Positions 18,997-28,246 of a stretch of DNA of 64,000 nucleotides are shown piece by piece. The notes below the pieces were generated by a model. It saw only the letters and a list, made by a program, of their open reading frames with translations, was not told the DNA's origin and did not search any database. The stretch lies in NCBI GenBank assembly GCA_965199555.1, contig CBDASJ010000029.1:12357-76356 (forward strand), given 5' to 3'. Position 1 is the stretch's first letter. Each line of letters starts with the position of its first letter. The position numbers were made by a program, and so were the translations under genes. This DNA comes from Acetobacteraceae bacterium. Lineage in GTDB: Bacteria > Pseudomonadota > Alphaproteobacteria > Acetobacterales > Acetobacteraceae.

Positions 18997-19800
18997 TCAG
19001 CAGGGCAAGGCGTTGGGCAGGCAATGCAGTGCCCGCAACCCGCCCGGGATGCGGCCGATCTGCTTGCTCAACGCCCCTGCATGGGCCGACAAGCCGGCCA
19101 CCAGTTCTGCCAGATTGTCCAGCGACATGCCGATGCCTGCAACACTGAGGGATGCGATCACCTCGCCGCCTTCCATCCGCACCGGCACCGCGACGGCCCT
19201 GACACCCTCGAAGAATTCGCCGCTGTCCAAGGCGTAGCCGCAATGCTGGACGTTGCGGATTTCCTCGGCAAGCCGGCTCGGCGCGACGATCGTCTTGGAT
19301 GTCAGCGCCACGAAGCCCGCACTGAACACGTACTCGTCCAGCTTGCGCGGATGCAGCGCCGCCAGCATGACCTTGCCGGGTGCAGTGCAGTACGCATCGT
19401 AATGCGCGCCAACCGCGGCGTGCCGCTTCGGGTCCTCGCAGGTATCCGCGCCGGCGACGATGTAGATCTCGGTGCCGTCCAGCACGCTCAGCCGGACGCA
19501 CAAGTCGCGCATGGTCAGCATCTGGCGCAACCGCAGATCCACCACCTCCTGCAAGGCGCGCCGGGCCCGGACGCCTTGGTCGTGCAGGGCCAGCAGGCGT
19601 GGCCCCAGCGTGTAGGCCCCGCCCCGATCCACGCTGACCGCCCCGGCGCCCTGCAACGTGCGGAGCAGGCGGTGGGTGGTGGCGATCGACAGGTTGGCGG
19701 TTGCGGCCGCCGCCCGCAGCGTCACGCCGCCCGGCGTGTTGCACACGACGTCGACAAGGTCGAGCGCCTTGAGGATCGACTTGTTGGTGGGGGTCGTCAT
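18997..19800 (-). CDS. IclR family transcriptional regulator
   Basis: The N-terminal wHTH SILKALDLVDVV...GVTLRAAAATANLSIATTHRLLRTL and the C-terminal effector domain are of typical IclR length (267 aa). Confidence 0.9.
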   Translation of the reverse strand: MTTPTNKSILKALDLVDVVCNTPGGVTLRAAAATANLSIATTHRLLRTLQGAGAVSVDRGGAYTLGPRLLALHDQGVRARRALQEVVDLRLRQMLTMRDLCVRLSVLDGTEIYIVAGADTCEDPKRHAAVGAHYDAYCTAPGKVMLAALHPRKLDEYVFSAGFVALTSKTIVAPSRLAEEIRNVQHCGYALDSGEFFEGVRAVAVPVRMEGGEVIASLSVAGIGMSLDNLAELVAGLSAHAGALSKQIGRIPGGLRALHCLPNALPC

Positions 19801-19895
19801 GCCATTCGATTTGGATTCAGGACATTCTGGGTGGTTCGACCAGGTTCTACCTTAAATGTGGGGCAGCATCGGAAGCAACGTGACGGCGAACGACG

Positions 19896-21830
19896 TCAGT
19901 GCAGGAAAATCGTGGAGATTCCGGGCACGGCGGCAATGACGACCACGCCCAGGGCCAGCACCGCGAGGTAGGGCCAGATCCTGGCCATCCCGGCGGCAGG
20001 GTCGATCCGGCTGATCGCACAGGCCTGATAGTAGCCAATACCGAAGGGCGGCGTGTACAACCCAACGCCCATCGAGAGCACCGCCACGATCGCGTACTGC
20101 ACCTCGTGGATGCCCAGGCTGCGAGCGATCGGGAACAGCATCGGGCCGAACACCACGATGCCGGGAATGCCTTCCAGGAGGCTGCCGGACACCAGGAAGA
20201 CGCAGATGGAGATCGTCCAGAAGCTGAGCTTGCCACCGGGCATGGTGGTGATGCTTTGCGCCAGGTCCTGGGAAAAGCCGGTCTGGGTCAGTGCCCAGGA
20301 CACGGCGTTGGCGGCGGCGAAGATCACCATGATGGCGCCGGCCAACGACGCCGTATCCTTCAGCACGGCATAGGCTCGACGCCAATCGGTCCAGCGGTAA
20401 ACCACCAGCCCGGCCACGACGGTGTAAAGGACGCCGATCGTCGCCACCTCCGTCGCGGTGGCAACCCCCTCCACGACGGCGGTTCGGATCAGGATCGGCA
20501 GCAGCAACCCGGGAGTGGCCATGACCAGTGCCGCCGCGGCCATGCGCCAGGACGCGCGCGGCGGCAAGGTGATCTCCTGGTTGGAGCGGGCGCGGGCGAG
20601 CACGCAGGTCATCAGCGCCAGCACAAGCGCCGGCAGCAGCCCGGCGGTGAACAGGCCGGAAATCGACACCCCGGTGACGGCGCCGACGGTGATCAGCACC
20701 AGGCTGGGCGGGATCGTCTCACTCATCGAGCTGGACGCCGCCAGCAAGGACACCAGCTCCCCATCCGGGATGCCACGGCGGCGCATTTCCGGCACCAGCG
20801 CCGGCGCCACCGCGGCCATGTCGGCCGCTTTGGCCCCGGAGATGCCGGAGATGAGATACATGGCGCCCAGCAGCACGTAGGACAGCCCACCGCGCAGATG
20901 GCCGATCAGGGTGGACAGGAACGCGATCAGGGTACGCGCCATGCCGGTCGCCTCGAACAACAGGCCCAGCACGATGAACATCGGGATTGCCAACAGGATC
21001 AGCGGGGACAATCCAGCCTCGAACCGGCTGGCGACGATGGACAGCGGGACCGACGAGTTCCATTGCAGGAACGCCAGCGTCGACAAGCCGAAGGCAAAGG
21101 CAATGGGCATGCCCAGCGCCACACAAATACCCCCGAGCCCGATGAAGAACAGCACTAGGTCATACGTGCCATCGGTGGCCCAGCTCACGCCATAGCACAG
21201 GGCGACGCCGGCGGCCGTCAGCGCGGCCGCGAAGCCGACCAGAAGCCAGCCGCGTTCGTTGCCGGTCGCGATGACCCGGCACAGGCAGAACACCGCCATC
21301 AGCCCCAGCCCGGCGGGAAGCGCCGCGGCCTTCCACCCGTCGGACAGACCCAAGATCGGGTTCACCGCCCCGGCCGCATCCGCCACGAAGCCGAAGGAGA
21401 AGATGAACAGCAACACAAGGAAAACCAGGCTCAGTGTTTGCGCCACCAGTTCGCGTACGACGTTGTTCCGCGGTGACAGGCGCTTCTCCGCCAGCGTCAA
21501 GCGCAGGTGCTGTTGCCTGGCCAAGGCCACCACGGAGCCCAACATCGACAGCCACACGAACAACAGCGACGCGATGTCGTCCGACCAGGTGAACGGCCGG
21601 CCAAACACGTAGCGTGATATCACGCCGGCGAGCAGGATCAGCAGTTCGGCCAACACGATGATTGCCGCGACGTGCTCGATCGCCGAAACCAGCACTCGCC
21701 CGGCCCCGGCCGTGAAGCGGGCGGTGGCACCATGGTCGCCCCGGGTTCGGCGGACGTCCGCGGCGGTGCCGAGCGGGCCCGCCAAAACGACCCCGCTATC
21801 CAACTGCTCGTTGTGCGGCAGCAGGTTCAT
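19896..21830 (-). CDS. TRAP transporter fused small/large permease (DctQ-DctM fusion)
   Basis: ATG 21830 is preceded by GAGGGGGA. About 644 aa, polytopic. The N-terminal roughly 190 aa are DctQ-like, followed by a DctM-like 12-TM body. Confidence 0.88.
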   Translation of the reverse strand: MNLLPHNEQLDSGVVLAGPLGTAADVRRTRGDHGATARFTAGAGRVLVSAIEHVAAIIVLAELLILLAGVISRYVFGRPFTWSDDIASLLFVWLSMLGSVVALARQQHLRLTLAEKRLSPRNNVVRELVAQTLSLVFLVLLFIFSFGFVADAAGAVNPILGLSDGWKAAALPAGLGLMAVFCLCRVIATGNERGWLLVGFAAALTAAGVALCYGVSWATDGTYDLVLFFIGLGGICVALGMPIAFAFGLSTLAFLQWNSSVPLSIVASRFEAGLSPLILLAIPMFIVLGLLFEATGMARTLIAFLSTLIGHLRGGLSYVLLGAMYLISGISGAKAADMAAVAPALVPEMRRRGIPDGELVSLLAASSSMSETIPPSLVLITVGAVTGVSISGLFTAGLLPALVLALMTCVLARARSNQEITLPPRASWRMAAAALVMATPGLLLPILIRTAVVEGVATATEVATIGVLYTVVAGLVVYRWTDWRRAYAVLKDTASLAGAIMVIFAAANAVSWALTQTGFSQDLAQSITTMPGGKLSFWTISICVFLVSGSLLEGIPGIVVFGPMLFPIARSLGIHEVQYAIVAVLSMGVGLYTPPFGIGYYQACAISRIDPAAGMARIWPYLAVLALGVVVIAAVPGISTIFLH

Positions 21831-22089
21831 GTTCGATTCCCCCTCAGAACGACGCGAGCACCCCCACAAGGGTCAAGACCGTCCTGACGGCGTTAAGAGA
21901 AGCCGCGCACCAGGCAACGATCAAGACCGCAGATGGCAGTTCTCAAATTGTGAGATGAGCCAGCGCGGCGGCTTGCAGTCGGGTCACAGGCAACCCTAGC
22001 TTAAGTCCAGAAGAAATGAGCACCAGCCAGGCTTCGGTTCTCCGAAGAACATCGGCTGAATAGTTCGGTTACGGGACGGAGGAAGCATA

Positions 22090-23109
22090 ATGGCTGTCAT
22101 GACCAGGCGCGGCTTTTCCACGGCGATGACGGCGGGTGCTCTCACCCTGGCCTCGATCGGCCGGGCTTCGGCCGCCGCATTCAATTTCAAGTTGGCTACG
22201 GACATGCCGCCGGCGGACCCAATGACGGCTCGGCTGACCGAGGCGGCCAAGGCCATCGAACAGGAAAGCGGCGGCCGGCTCGCCATCCGCGTGTTTCCCA
22301 GCAGCCAACTCGGCACGATTTCCGAGGAGCTGAACCAGGTGCGCAGTGGCGCCTTGGAACTGTATTGCTGCGGCTACGGCAACCAGATCCCGGTGGCGCC
22401 GCTGGCCGGGATCAACTCGCTCGCCTTTGCCTGGTCCGGCTACGACAAGATCTGGCCAGCCATGGACGGGGAGTTGGGTGCTTTCCTGGCCGCTCAGGTC
22501 GCAAAGACCGGAACCATCCAGCACGTCAGCAAGGCGTTCAACGTCGGCTTCCGGCAGACCACCTCCGGCCACACGCCGATCCATACGCCGGATGACCTCA
22601 AGGGCTTTAAGATACGCGTGCCGCCGGCGCCGATCCTGGCAACGCTGTTCAGCGAGCTCGGGGCCTCGCCGGTCAACCTGAGCCTGGGGGAGCTGTATCC
22701 CGCCTTGCAAACCGGGTTGGTCGAAGGCTCCGACAACCCGCTGTGGACCCTGGCGGCCATGCGGATCTACGAGGTGCAGAAGCACATCACCCTGACGAAC
22801 CATAGCTGGGACGCGTTCGTGGTGGTGGCCAATAGCCGCGCCTGGGCCCGGTTGCCCGAGGATTTGCAGCAACTCGCCAGCAAGCATTTCAGCCTTGCCG
22901 CGGTCGCGCAGCGCGAAGACGTGGCCAAGCTGGAAGTCGAAGCGAATGCGAAGCTGCAGGCCAACGGCATGACGATCTTCCAGCCCCCGGCGGACCTGTT
23001 CCGCACCGCGCTGAGCAAGACGGATTACTACCAGAACTGGCGTCAGAAAATCGGGCCTGAGGGATGGGCGGTGCTGCAACGCACGGCCGGTCTTCAAGGC
23101 CTGGCCTGA
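22090..23109 (+). CDS. TRAP transporter substrate-binding protein (DctP family)
   Basis: Signal peptide MAVMTRRGFSTAMTAGALTLASIGRASA. The DctP-like pattern ...RLAIRVFPSSQLGT... is present. The gene is divergent from the TRAP permease. Confidence 0.88.
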   Translation: MAVMTRRGFSTAMTAGALTLASIGRASAAAFNFKLATDMPPADPMTARLTEAAKAIEQESGGRLAIRVFPSSQLGTISEELNQVRSGALELYCCGYGNQIPVAPLAGINSLAFAWSGYDKIWPAMDGELGAFLAAQVAKTGTIQHVSKAFNVGFRQTTSGHTPIHTPDDLKGFKIRVPPAPILATLFSELGASPVNLSLGELYPALQTGLVEGSDNPLWTLAAMRIYEVQKHITLTNHSWDAFVVVANSRAWARLPEDLQQLASKHFSLAAVAQREDVAKLEVEANAKLQANGMTIFQPPADLFRTALSKTDYYQNWRQKIGPEGWAVLQRTAGLQGLA

Positions 23110-23132
23110 CATCACCGAAGGAGCACGTTCCC

Positions 23133-24167
23133 ATGTATGATGATTATTTCGTTTTCGACAATGTGGTGCACATGTTCGACAACCGTCCGTCGAACAAGCT
23201 TGGCGAGGAAGGCCGCAAGATCATCGACTCGATCTGGGGTGCGGCCAAGCTGTTCTCCAACGACACCTACATCGCCCACCCGACCTTCGGCGACGACTAC
23301 ATCACGACGGAGGAAGCCCACCGCGTGCTGTTCGAGGAGTCGGACACCGACATGGTGATCGCCCAGACCGTGCCGCTGATGGGCTGGTTCAAGGAAGGCT
23401 TCTCCCCCGCCCGCGCCAACCACGCCCTGGCCGCCGCCTATCCCGACCGCGTCGTGTTCTGCGGCGGCGTGGACCCGCTGTACCACGGCTCGCGCGGCGC
23501 GCTGGACGAGATGCAGCGCCAGAAGGACGAGTGGAACGCCCGCTCCTTCAAGTTCTACCAGTCCCAGTTGAACGGCAGCCTGTGGCGCGTCGACGACCGG
23601 CACATCGCCTACCCGCTGTGGGAGAAGTGCCTGGAGCTCGGCGTCACCAACGTGCAGTTCCACAAGGGCCTGCCGTTCGGCCGCCAGTTGCTTGACCACC
23701 AGCGGCCCAACGACATCGAGCAGGCGGCCATCGACTTCCCCGACCTGACCTTCATCATCCACCATTTGGGCATGCCGTTCATCGACGACACGATCAACAT
23801 CGCGTCGCGCCACCCCAACGTGTGGCTGGCCTTGTCGGCCTGGATCAACATCTATCCCATCCAGCCCCGGGTCGCGCTGGACATGCTGGGCAAGTGCCTG
23901 ATGCTGGTCGGCGAGGACCGGCTGCTTTACGGCTCCGAAGCCTTCGTGTGGCCGAGCCTGCAGCCCTACATCAAGGCGTTCGCGGACATGACCATGCCGG
24001 AAGAGCTGCAGGAAGGCTACGGCTACCCGCAGATCACCCGGGAGATGAAGCGCAAGATCTTCGGCGAGAACCAGGCCCGCCTGCTGGGCATCGACATCGA
24101 GAAGAAGAAGCGCGAGCTGGCACCCCGCGCCCGCGCGTCGCAGCCCGAGCTGCAGGCGGCCAAGTGA
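23133..24167 (+). CDS. Amidohydrolase_2 (PF04909-like) family protein
   Basis: ATG 23133 is preceded by GAAGGAG. TIM-barrel amidohydrolase-like pattern ...FIIHHLGMPFIDD...LLYGSEAFVWP...IFGENQARLLGI. The N-terminal metal motif is atypical (FDNVVHMF). Confidence 0.75.
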   Translation: MYDDYFVFDNVVHMFDNRPSNKLGEEGRKIIDSIWGAAKLFSNDTYIAHPTFGDDYITTEEAHRVLFEESDTDMVIAQTVPLMGWFKEGFSPARANHALAAAYPDRVVFCGGVDPLYHGSRGALDEMQRQKDEWNARSFKFYQSQLNGSLWRVDDRHIAYPLWEKCLELGVTNVQFHKGLPFGRQLLDHQRPNDIEQAAIDFPDLTFIIHHLGMPFIDDTINIASRHPNVWLALSAWINIYPIQPRVALDMLGKCLMLVGEDRLLYGSEAFVWPSLQPYIKAFADMTMPEELQEGYGYPQITREMKRKIFGENQARLLGIDIEKKKRELAPRARASQPELQAAK

Positions 24168-24463
24168 GCGGCGCGCAGGACCTCGGCGCCGGCATCACGG
24201 ACGCGCTGGACGGCGTGCGGCGGCGCCTGCGCTCGCATGCCGGCGACGTGGAGGTCGTGTCGGTGTCGGAGGCGGGCGAGGTCACGCTCGCCTTCACCGG
24301 CAACTGCATCAAGTGCCCGGCCCAGGCCATGACCTACGGCGCCAGCATCCTGCCGGTCGTCGAACGCCTGCCCGGCGTCAGCGCCGTGTCGATGCGCAAC
24401 CTGTCCGTGTCGGACGCGGCGGTGCGGCGCATCCGCACCATGTTCAGCGACAAGGTTGCATAA
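24164..24463 (+). CDS. NifU C-terminal-domain-like protein (CxxC)
   Basis: GTG 24164 overlaps the upstream TGA (GTGA). LRSHAGDVEVVSVSEAGEVTLAFTGNCIKCPAQAMTYGASI matches the NifU-C / Nfu pattern. Confidence 0.7.
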   Translation: MSGAQDLGAGITDALDGVRRRLRSHAGDVEVVSVSEAGEVTLAFTGNCIKCPAQAMTYGASILPVVERLPGVSAVSMRNLSVSDAAVRRIRTMFSDKVA

Positions 24464-24464
24464 G

Positions 24465-24896
24465 ATGGCAAGTTACGCAGTGCGCATGATCGACGCCGCC
24501 ACCGCGATCAAGGCGACGGTGGCGGCGACGGAAAAGGCCAAGGAGATCGGCATCGGCATCTGTGCCGCCGTGTACGACAGCTCCTCCCAGCTCAAGGCGT
24601 TCATCCGCATGGACGGAGCGCCGATGCTGTCGGCGCCGATCGCGGAAGACAAGGCGCACACCTCGGCCAGCTTCCGCTCGCCAACGCACGCCCTGTTCGA
24701 GTGGATCTCGAAAGACCCGCCGCTGCTGCACGGGATCACCCAGTATCCGCGCTTCATCGTGTTCGGCGGCGGCTACCCGATCACCGAAGCCGGCGAGCTG
24801 ATCGGCTCCATCGGCGTCAGCGGCGGACACTACAGCCAGGACATGGAATGCGCCAAAGCCGCACTCACCGCAATCAACGCAGAAATCCCAGATTAG
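24465..24896 (+). CDS. GlcG/HbpS-like (DUF336) protein
   Basis: ATG 24465 lies 1 nt after the upstream stop. ...FGGGYPITEAGELIGSIGVSGGHYSQDMECAKAAL is the typical DUF336 C-terminal signature. Confidence 0.75.
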   Translation: MASYAVRMIDAATAIKATVAATEKAKEIGIGICAAVYDSSSQLKAFIRMDGAPMLSAPIAEDKAHTSASFRSPTHALFEWISKDPPLLHGITQYPRFIVFGGGYPITEAGELIGSIGVSGGHYSQDMECAKAALTAINAEIPD

Positions 24897-24921
24897 CGTC
24901 CGCAACCGCGAGCACCCTGCC

Positions 24922-25740
24922 ATGGCCGAAACCCATCGTCATCCGCCCAGCGGCCACTTCCCACGCGTCCTCAGCCCCAGTCTGCTGTGGACGGGCGGGT
25001 GCCTGAACATCACCTACCAGGACCGCGTCGTGCATTCGCACGTGTGCGCCTACCTGGTCGTCGGGTCCGAGAAGACCATGCTGGTCGATACCGGCAACGC
25101 ACCCGACTGGCCGCACATGGAACATGACGTCGAGCGTTTCCTGGACGGGCGACCGCTCGACTACATCTTCCCGACCCACGGTGAGCTTCCGCATTGCGGA
25201 TTGCTCACCCAGTGGCTGTCGAAATACCCGGACGCGCTCGCCGTCGGCGCGCTGCGCGACTTCCCGCTCTACTACCCGCAATACGCCCACCGCATGCGCA
25301 ACGTCGCGGCCGGCGACGCGATTGATTTGGGTGACCGCCGCATCGTGTTCATTCCGCCGGTTTGGCGCGACCTGCGCGACACGCTGTGGGCGTTCGACAC
25401 CACGGAGCGGACGCTGTTCGTGTCCGACGCATTCGCCTTCCTGCACTACCACGAGGCGCAGCGTTGCGATTTCCTGGCCAGTGAGCAGCCACCGCCGGAC
25501 GTGGCGATGATCAAGTATTTCAACGAGCGGGCGATGTACTGGACGCGGCACACCGACGTCTCCGCAAGCTTCGCCGACCTCGACGAAATGCTGCGCGTGC
25601 TCGACCCGGCGTTGATCGCCACCGGGCATGGCGGCGTGGTGGACGTGCACAGCGCCATGGTGCCCCTGGTCAAGGCCGGGATGGACGTGCGTGTGCCCGC
25701 AGTGCCGCCGCCGCTCGCGGTCGCCGTGGCGGCCGAGTGA
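24922..25740 (+). CDS. MBL-fold protein resembling the flavodiiron-protein core domain (H-x-E-x-x-H variant)
   Basis: ...CAYLVVGSEKTMLVDTGNA...LDYIFPTHGELPHCG...TLFVSDAFAF...LIATGHGGVV. The order and spacing resemble the FDP/ODP-type MBL domain rather than a hydrolase HxHxDH. Confidence 0.68.
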   Translation: MAETHRHPPSGHFPRVLSPSLLWTGGCLNITYQDRVVHSHVCAYLVVGSEKTMLVDTGNAPDWPHMEHDVERFLDGRPLDYIFPTHGELPHCGLLTQWLSKYPDALAVGALRDFPLYYPQYAHRMRNVAAGDAIDLGDRRIVFIPPVWRDLRDTLWAFDTTERTLFVSDAFAFLHYHEAQRCDFLASEQPPPDVAMIKYFNERAMYWTRHTDVSASFADLDEMLRVLDPALIATGHGGVVDVHSAMVPLVKAGMDVRVPAVPPPLAVAVAAE

Positions 25741-25744
25741 ACCC

Positions 25745-26689
25745 GTGGTCCCCGCCTCCCTGAGCAGTTCGGTGGCCGCCATCGTGCCCGACGCGATCTA
25801 CGCAGTGGGCGGCGGCGTCCCGGCGGACGTTTCGGTGAGTTGGATCCCCCAGGGGCTTGGGGGATGGATGCCGGTTCAGTGCTTCGTCTTGCGGGACGGG
25901 GGCGAGGCCGTGGTGATGGACAGCGGCCTGGGCGTGCATCGCGCCGTCGTCGAAATCGGGCTGAGCCAGCTTCTGGACGGCCATCCGCCGCCGCGCGCGC
26001 TGATCAGCCGGTGGGAGCCGGACTCCATGGTCAACCTGCCCTGGTTGATCGAGCGGTTCGGCGTCCGCGACGTGCTGTCCTATGGCGGCATCAACCCGCT
26101 GGATTTCTTCGAACGGTTCGAGGAAGCAACCGCCACCGCGCAGGTCGAGGCAGCCGCCGGTTCGGCAAAGCTGGTGCCGATCGGCTTGGGCGAGATGGTC
26201 CATGTCGGCGCGCTTCGCATCGAGGTGGTGCCGGTCAGCCTGCGGCTGCTGCTGGCCGTCTGGTTCTACGAGCACACCACCGGCTCCCTATTCACCGCGG
26301 ACTCATTCGGCTTCCTGCCCAACCCGGCACGCGCCGCCCCGTTCGCCATTCGGCCAGGCGTGGAGATGCTGTCGCCCGCCGTGCTGCACCGCAGCCTCGA
26401 AACCAAGTTCGACTGGCTCATCGGCGCATACAGCGACGCGCTGATCGCCGATTTGGAAGCCTTGCACGCCCGTCTGCCCATCCAGCGCGTGTGCCCCAGC
26501 TTCGGTGGCGTCATCGAAGGCAAGGACAACGTGGCCCGACTGTTCCGCTCCACGGCGACCGCGCTGCACCGATTGGCGGCGGAGCGCCCGCCCAGCCCGC
26601 TTGCCGGCTTCGACTGGCAACACGCCCTTGCAGCCGAAGCCGTCGTGGACCTCGGGAGTCCAGACCGTATGCTGCGCTCCCTGCCTTAA
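25745..26689 (+). CDS. Degenerate MBL-fold partner protein (metal-binding His residues lost)
   Basis: GTG 25745 lies 4 nt after the upstream stop. It has the same fold landmarks as the preceding gene (...QCFVLRDGGEAVVMDSG...ISRWEPDS...SLFTADSFGF...CPSFGGVIEG), with Trp, Ser and Phe in place of the His ligands. Confidence 0.6.
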   Translation: MVPASLSSSVAAIVPDAIYAVGGGVPADVSVSWIPQGLGGWMPVQCFVLRDGGEAVVMDSGLGVHRAVVEIGLSQLLDGHPPPRALISRWEPDSMVNLPWLIERFGVRDVLSYGGINPLDFFERFEEATATAQVEAAAGSAKLVPIGLGEMVHVGALRIEVVPVSLRLLLAVWFYEHTTGSLFTADSFGFLPNPARAAPFAIRPGVEMLSPAVLHRSLETKFDWLIGAYSDALIADLEALHARLPIQRVCPSFGGVIEGKDNVARLFRSTATALHRLAAERPPSPLAGFDWQHALAAEAVVDLGSPDRMLRSLP

Positions 26690-26734
26690 GCACGCGTTGT
26701 TCAAGGGGAACGCGGCGGGCGACCCGCTCGGTCA

Positions 26735-27613
26735 TCAGGCCGGCTTGTAGGCGCTGCCGTCTTCCACACGCTGCGGATCACCGACGTAGCGGCCGTCGCG
26801 CGGAACCGCGATCTTCCCGAAATCGCGGGCCAACATGTGCAGTGCGTCCCGCATCGCGGAGCCGTGCAGGGCGCGGCCGTGGCCGGTGACGACCACCTCC
26901 GGCTCCAGCCCGGCCAGCGTGTGCACCGACCGCTCCGCCGCCTGCCAATCATGGGTGAAGTACTTCGGCGGCCCATGGATTTCGGGCGCTTGCGTGGCAC
27001 TGGCATAGGCGCTCTCCGCCCCGACGGTGACGAAGGCGTCGCCGGCGATCAGCGTGCGGTCGTCCGCCCGCCACAGCGACACGTGGCCGACCGAGTGCCC
27101 GGGCGTGTGCAGCCAACGCCAGCCCGGCAGTTCCGGGATGCTGCCGTCCATCGGCAGGTCGCGTAGCCGGCTGCCGACATCTACCGGGCTGCGCGGGTAA
27201 AGCGGCGACAACAACGCCATCGCCCCGCCGCCGACGGTGGGGTCCGCTTTCGGGTAGGAGGCCGAGCCATCAAGGTACGGACGCTCCAGCTTGTGGGCAT
27301 AGACCGGCACGTTCCACTGCTCCGCCAGCGTTTCCAGCGCGCCCACGTGGTCGAAATGCCCGTGCGTCAGCACGATGGCCCGGGGCGGCGCACCCGCGCC
27401 GAACCTGTCCGCGGCGGCACCGGCGATGCGCCCTGCCATACCGGGAATGCCGGTGTCCACCAGCACCCAATCGGGTTGGCCCGGCTGGCCCACATACACC
27501 ACGTTCACAAACGCCAGCCGGCGGTATGCCACGCCGGGGGCAGCCTCCAACGTGCCGTCTTCGGCCTCAGCCGCAGCGACGCTCCCAGACGCGATGGGCA
27601 CCTGTTCTGTCAT
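26735..27613 (-). CDS. MBL-fold metallo-hydrolase (canonical HxHxDH)
   Basis: VLVDTGIPG...AIVLTHGHFDHVGAL...HTPGHSVGH; 292 aa. Confidence 0.85.
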   Translation of the reverse strand: MTEQVPIASGSVAAAEAEDGTLEAAPGVAYRRLAFVNVVYVGQPGQPDWVLVDTGIPGMAGRIAGAAADRFGAGAPPRAIVLTHGHFDHVGALETLAEQWNVPVYAHKLERPYLDGSASYPKADPTVGGGAMALLSPLYPRSPVDVGSRLRDLPMDGSIPELPGWRWLHTPGHSVGHVSLWRADDRTLIAGDAFVTVGAESAYASATQAPEIHGPPKYFTHDWQAAERSVHTLAGLEPEVVVTGHGRALHGSAMRDALHMLARDFGKIAVPRDGRYVGDPQRVEDGSAYKPA

Positions 27614-27730
27614 GTCTGGCTCCTCAAGTGACGATGAGACAAGCCGGCCACACGCCCGACGTTGCGGACTGCCAAGACAAATAACCGGCAGCGGGCAGCC
27701 GGGGCGAACCGCCCATGCCGCACGTGTGGC

Positions 27731-28246
27731 TCAGCCGTGGCTGGCCTTGGGAAGCTTGCTGCCGAGAAACGCCTTCGCCTCCTCGCTCAGGCCGGTCGTC
27801 GGGAGGGTCATGAATTGGTTCGGCGCCAGGAACAGCATCCAAGCGCCGTCGATCTGCCAAACCGCGACGATGCTCGACCAGGGCAGCGTGCTCGACCCGA
27901 GGTTGGACGCGACGGTCATGGTCGCCGCACCGAAGGTCAACCGCGCTGTGGGCGGGTCCATGGCGCGATAGCGCCCCACGGTGTTCACGAAGTGCGCCCG
28001 CCACACGGCCCCTACTAAGGCGGCCAGGAACACCAGGCTCGCCAAGGCCAGGCCGGTGGCAAAGGAAGGGCCGGTCCATTCGCCGAGGGCCAGGCTCGCC
28101 AGCAGCAAGCCGGCCGCCGCCAGCCACAGCCAGCCGCGCCGCAGCAGCCGGCGCCAAACGAACACGCGCACGGCCCGACGCAGCATCGCCTCGGTATATC
28201 GCAACTCGACGGTGTCGCCGTCCTGCAATCGGGCTGTCCCGTTCAT
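27731..28246 (-). CDS. YcxB-like membrane protein
   Basis: Two adjacent TM helices (WLWLAAAGLLLASLAL / ATGLALASLVFLAALVGAVW) are followed by a soluble tail, as in YcxB-like proteins. The start is ATG 28246 or 28264. Confidence 0.5.
   Translation of the reverse strand: MNGTARLQDGDTVELRYTEAMLRRAVRVFVWRRLLRRGWLWLAAAGLLLASLALGEWTGPSFATGLALASLVFLAALVGAVWRAHFVNTVGRYRAMDPPTARLTFGAATMTVASNLGSSTLPWSSIVAVWQIDGAWMLFLAPNQFMTLPTTGLSEEAKAFLGSKLPKASHG

Noticed and set aside
21946-21954. AATTGTGAG, identical to part of the E. coli lac operator
   Set aside because: This is a 9-nt coincidence. No LacI-family regulator is nearby. I considered it only as part of the local palindrome.
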